Below, in pieces: positions 59,801-64,000 of a DNA stretch of 64,000 bases. The notes beneath the pieces are model-generated. The model was not told where the DNA came from, made no database searches, and saw only the letters and a list, made by a program, of their open reading frames with translations. The position numbers and the translations under genes were made by a program. Source of the stretch: Eimeria praecox. Taxonomy: Eukaryota. The stretch spans positions 8,618,001-8,682,000 of the forward strand of contig OY986946.1 in NCBI GenBank assembly GCA_963920595.1. The letters run 5' to 3'. Position 1 is the stretch's first letter. Each line of letters starts with the position of its first letter.

Positions 59801-60994
59801 TAGCCAGCGCACGCACCACTATTATTACGCCTACCAATCTATCAACGTCTGGCACCCCCTGCTACGCACTTGCTTCATTCCCACATTTCCTTTCGTACCC
59901 AGCACTAAGCCGAGCTCCAGTTTGACAATGGAATGAATGCCTGGTTTCTAGGGCTCGCCTAAGCCTCTTACACGTTGCAGTTGGTACCAACCAGTTCCGA
60001 ATTTATTGGCTGCGGGCTGCAGTGCACAACTATGGTAAGGGTGCACAAGTGAACTCAGGCTGCTCCCCCATGGCCACCGCCGCGCGTGGCTGCAGCCGCA
60101 ACACAGCTAGAGAGGCTTTTCCAGGTAAAAACTATGCTTTAGCCTTTTGAGACTTAGCTGTTCTTGTCCTGACGGAGGTCCCAAGTGCATGCATATTGCA
60201 TGCAGGCCCTCTGACGTTGCATGCTGGGCAGATGGTGACCAATGGAGAGGTCGGTTGTATTAGGTGTGAAAGCTAGTGCTCTCTAGAGGATGAGGGACGT
60301 ACCTTGCTAAATGTGTTAAAGATATGATGTTGGAGCTATATATAGGGTAAATTTGCTTGCCGTCGGACACCCGGGCTCCCCCCTTAGAAGCAGCCGGTGC
60401 TTTCCGTCTGCCCTGCGCCAGCGCGGGCGGTCCACGGGAAGTGCGTGGACCGCACTGATGGGGCTGAGCGGTGCAGCTATAACGAGCCCAAATGACGATG
60501 TGAATGTGAAATGAATGAATTTGGGTTTAAAAGAATCAGTTGGTGGTAGCTGCGGCACAAGCAGCACTCGACACGCCGCCTTCATCATCGCAGCGCCCCA
60601 GCAGCCAACATCAGGCCGGATCATACGTGGGCTAAGAAGAGTAGTGTTTTCAGGATGCCTTCTCCATAGTTTAATCATTTAATGGAACGCCTTTATTTAC
60701 TTGTTGATTGAGGTTGTTACTCATGTTCGCGGCACCGCAGTGGACATGCACCTGAAGCAGGCCAACGGGGCAGTGCCTTGTATGTCTTACATTGGGAATC
60801 CTACTTTTCGCCCAAGCCCCTGCAGGCCGCTCGTGCCTGAGGTAATTCTCTGTAAAGCTACAGGCTCGTGGCTCCACCTCCCGGTGCTTACGGGGCGTGT
60901 TTCGGTGCGTCCGGCTGATCTTTCCACCCCCCCCGTTTAAATTGGTTGCCTTTTTTTGACGTTCGATTTCATCTGCTGCTGCTGCTGCTGGGCA

Positions 60995-63102
60995 ATGAGC
61001 TGCTGCGCATGCGAATACGGGGAAGGCCGGGAGGCCGACAGCTTCGTGATGCGGGAGGCGTCTCCTGCGCAGCCCCTGCAGTTTGTGGTTGCCGGAAGGT
61101 CAATACAACATCCACAGAAGGCCGCTTTAAAGACCACTAACGCTGACGCCTTTGCGGCAGATCGATATGTAAGTCTACACAGTAGCACACTGATTCCATT
61201 GTGCGTTTGGCTCTACGAGTTCCCGCCAACAGTCATGCTGATCTTTAAGCGTTGGTCAGAGGATCACATGACGCATTCTCCTTGTGCATGAATATTTCCC
61301 CATGATTGTTGGAAGAAGTACCATAGTTCACTTCATTGCATGCGCCGGAATGTTGTGTTGCAGGTAATTGGCATAGCGGATGGAGTCAGCACGGTGGAAG
61401 ATGAAGGGCTGGACCCTTCCGAATTGCCTGTAGAGTTGTTGGGTTTATGTTTGAAGGAGAGCCGTGCGCGCTCGCTGAACTCAGTGTTGTTTGATGCAGA
61501 GGCGGAGGAGAGTTTGCATGCGTGCGACGTGGACGTGGACACCCCGAAGCTGCCGCTGTACATCCTTACGAAGGCATCTGTACAGTGCAAGAGTTTCGGC
61601 TCCACTACTTGTGTGTTGGCGCTGCTGGACGAGTGCAAGTTGTGGTCGGTCAGTATTGGAGATTCGCAGCTGCTGGTGCTGCGGCGGACTGACAAACCGC
61701 CCAAGTCATACCCTGCAGCTCATGAGTTCTCGTACACGACCTGCCATGACAGTCGTGGCCGGGTTTCGAACCCCGAGGAGTACGGGGGCTACCAGGTGGT
61801 CTACAGGACGGTGTCTCAGCAGCACTTCTTCAACTGTCCTTTTCAGTTCGCTCGCATGCCAGACACCGACTGCTCGTGCGAGGCCATTCTCAGGAAAACG
61901 GCAGAGACAGCGGACGTGGGATCGGTCTCAGTGCACCCCGGAGACATTGTAGTTCTTGGAACAGACGGCCTTTTTGACAATCTGTTCGATGACGATGTGC
62001 TGGAACTCGTCAACAAGCTCTGCTGGGCAGACACCCGAAACGGAATGCCCCCCAAATGCAGCCCCTCTGTTCTTGTCGACGCCCTGCTAGAGGTCAGTAT
62101 ACCCTAAACCGCAGCCTCTGTCTAGTTGTTCGCCATCCCCCCTCGTCTTTTTTAGGTTCGGGTATAGCTTTTCTGAGTCAGCACAAGGGAGCTTTCGTGC
62201 CCCTTACCGCGCTTTATTACTGTGACATTATGTACATATAACCGGGTGGTTTTGCAAAAGAGAGACAGCAGTACCGTCTTGCGTCTGCTGCCGCTTCTGA
62301 TAAACTGCCGCTGTTCTTCTGAGGCACTCGTCTCTACCGCTGCCGTTGCTGCTTGTGTTGCTGATGATTGCCCAGCCACCATCAGTGTAGCGGCTGCTGC
62401 AGATTGTCCAAGTGCCGTTGCTGCTGTGGCTGCTGCCCGTTCTGTTTTTGTCCTGTTCAGAGAGCTGTGAACGCGGGACAGCCACCCCCAGGTGTGTCCT
62501 GGCCGGTGGTGACACCGTTCTCCAAGGCGGCTTTCGACGAGGTGGGGCGTCGGCTTGTGGGCGGCAAACCCGATGACATAACTGCAGTCGTTGCTTATAT
62601 AGTCCCTTCGAAAGATGCGCCCAGCATGGAGGCCCAGAAGCCCTTAGGTGGGAGCGGTGGCGCGCCTTCAGAAACACAGAGGGGACACGTCAAGGGCCAG
62701 AGAAGGCAGGCTGCAATGGCCCGCCCATTCAGCAGTAGCAGTAGCAGCAGCAGTAGCAGCAGCTCGGATGACAGCGAAAAGAACACAAAACAACCCAGAG
62801 TCGGGGGGCTGCCTCAGGCTCTCCAGAGAGGTGTGCCGACTCTCAGCAGCCGCTCAAGCTTCCCTCCCAGGAATATAGGGGTTGTGCCTCCAGCGATTAA
62901 GGCGTCTATACACTCTGTCCCGCAAAGTCTGAAGCCGGGGGAGTATACGGTCTTCGAGCGACTGAAAGAAGGGGCCCAGCAGAGACTGCAGAGGGCCTCC
63001 TCCGCTCGGCCTGTTCAGCAGAACAGAGAAGGCGTGAACCGCAGTTGGAGCACTCTGCCTTCTTCATTCATTTCGGCATTTCGCAACTTGTTCTCCAAAT
63101 AA
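60995..63102 (+). CDS. PP2C-family phosphatase, PTC7/PPTC7-like; exons 60995-61168, 61364-62092, 62461-63102
   Basis: HP.K...NADAF, IGIADGV, GSTT, IGDS, QQHFFNCPFQ, GDIVVLGTDGLFDNL, TPFS...GGKPDDITAVV; canonical GT-AG introns keep the frame. Confidence 0.93.
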
Positions 63103-64000
63103 GCACAAAACGACGCATCAGCCGCAAACGAATCCTCAAGCACTCGCTTCGGGGTTGCAGAACCCACAGCTGAGACAGGCAGTCGTGCTTCCCTTGCACC
63201 CAGAGTATTTATTTATTCTCCGAGAAAGGATCGTTACCCTGTCTTGTAAAACAGGAGGTTGCTGCAACAAGACGGACTGCCATGATCCCTTCCAGCTTGC
63301 TACCGCTGCAGTTGGTGCCGTCGCTGGATTTGCTTTTGCATTTGTTGTCGTTTTGTTGTTGCAGTTGTTGCTGCTGCTGGCGGCAATGCCGTTGCCTCAG
63401 CTGTTGCAGCTGCCTGCCATATACAGAGCACCTCTGGCGGAGCCAGACACCGGTGGGGGCAGGCAAGGGGTCTTAGTGTTGTCCCGTTGTGGTGATAGCT
63501 TAAACTATTTTTTAATTGGAAGGAGCGCATCTTCTCGCTTCAATTCAGGAGGCATGTGGATGCACAGTGAAAGAGGTTTAAATTGTGAGACCAATTTTGT
63601 GTGCTGTGTTTGTCTTGGGGCCACAGACCCCAAACCGTAAACTCCAGTGACATTTGGGTGGTCATTTGGCGTCTTTGCTGATAGAAAAATCCGTCAGTGG
63701 CATTGGTTAACGGGAATTTGCGGGGCCACTTCTTAGCGGGCCCGTAGCGGTATCTGCCAACGGGAAGAACCCGCGAGGCTGCTGCGTTTCTCTGTCTCCA
63801 GTCGAAGACACTTAGTAGGGGACAGACAGAAAGGTGCAGAACACAAGGGAAAAGGGATAGAGAGACCAGCGCACTGGCAGAGAGATGAAGGCCACACGAG
63901 AGAGAGATAGAGATCGGCAAACTGGGCTGCGGGGAGGCAGAAAGGGGAGAGCAGCAGACTGGTAGACACGAACGGAAAACAAATGGAGAAGCACCACCAG

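Noticed and set aside
59978..59995. TTGGTACCAA as primer-binding site of the LTR relic
   Set aside because: Short palindromic match only; no adjacent LTR identified.
63540..64000. Possible exon of a - strand gene running off the window
   Set aside because: No recognisable homology; cannot be supported.

Overview
Eukaryotic, apicomplexan DNA from an Eimeria species: (CAG)n tracts, TGCATGCA octamers, AAACCCT telomere-like heptamers and a coccidian rDNA. ITS1 contains two sequences I recall as the E. praecox diagnostic primer sites, which is unverified. The left 28 kb is the end of an rDNA array on the minus strand, with two 18S-5.8S-28S units 14,620 bp apart. The headline feature is an intact non-LTR retrotransposon (zinc finger, RT, CCHC knuckle, PD..D restriction-like endonuclease; >=1392 aa, open to the window edge). 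It interrupts the 28S gene of unit 1 at the 3' end of helix 69, 7 nt upstream of the classical R2 site but antisense to the rRNA. Its protein motifs look NeSL/Utopia-like. Unit 2 is an empty allele, so the junction can be read directly. The right 36 kb is single-copy DNA: a degenerate DEAD-box helicase with a possible apicoplast leader, a C2/transmembrane protein, a TSSC4-like ORF, PIG-Q/GPI1, a decayed Ty3/gypsy LTR element and a PTC7-like PP2C phosphatase.
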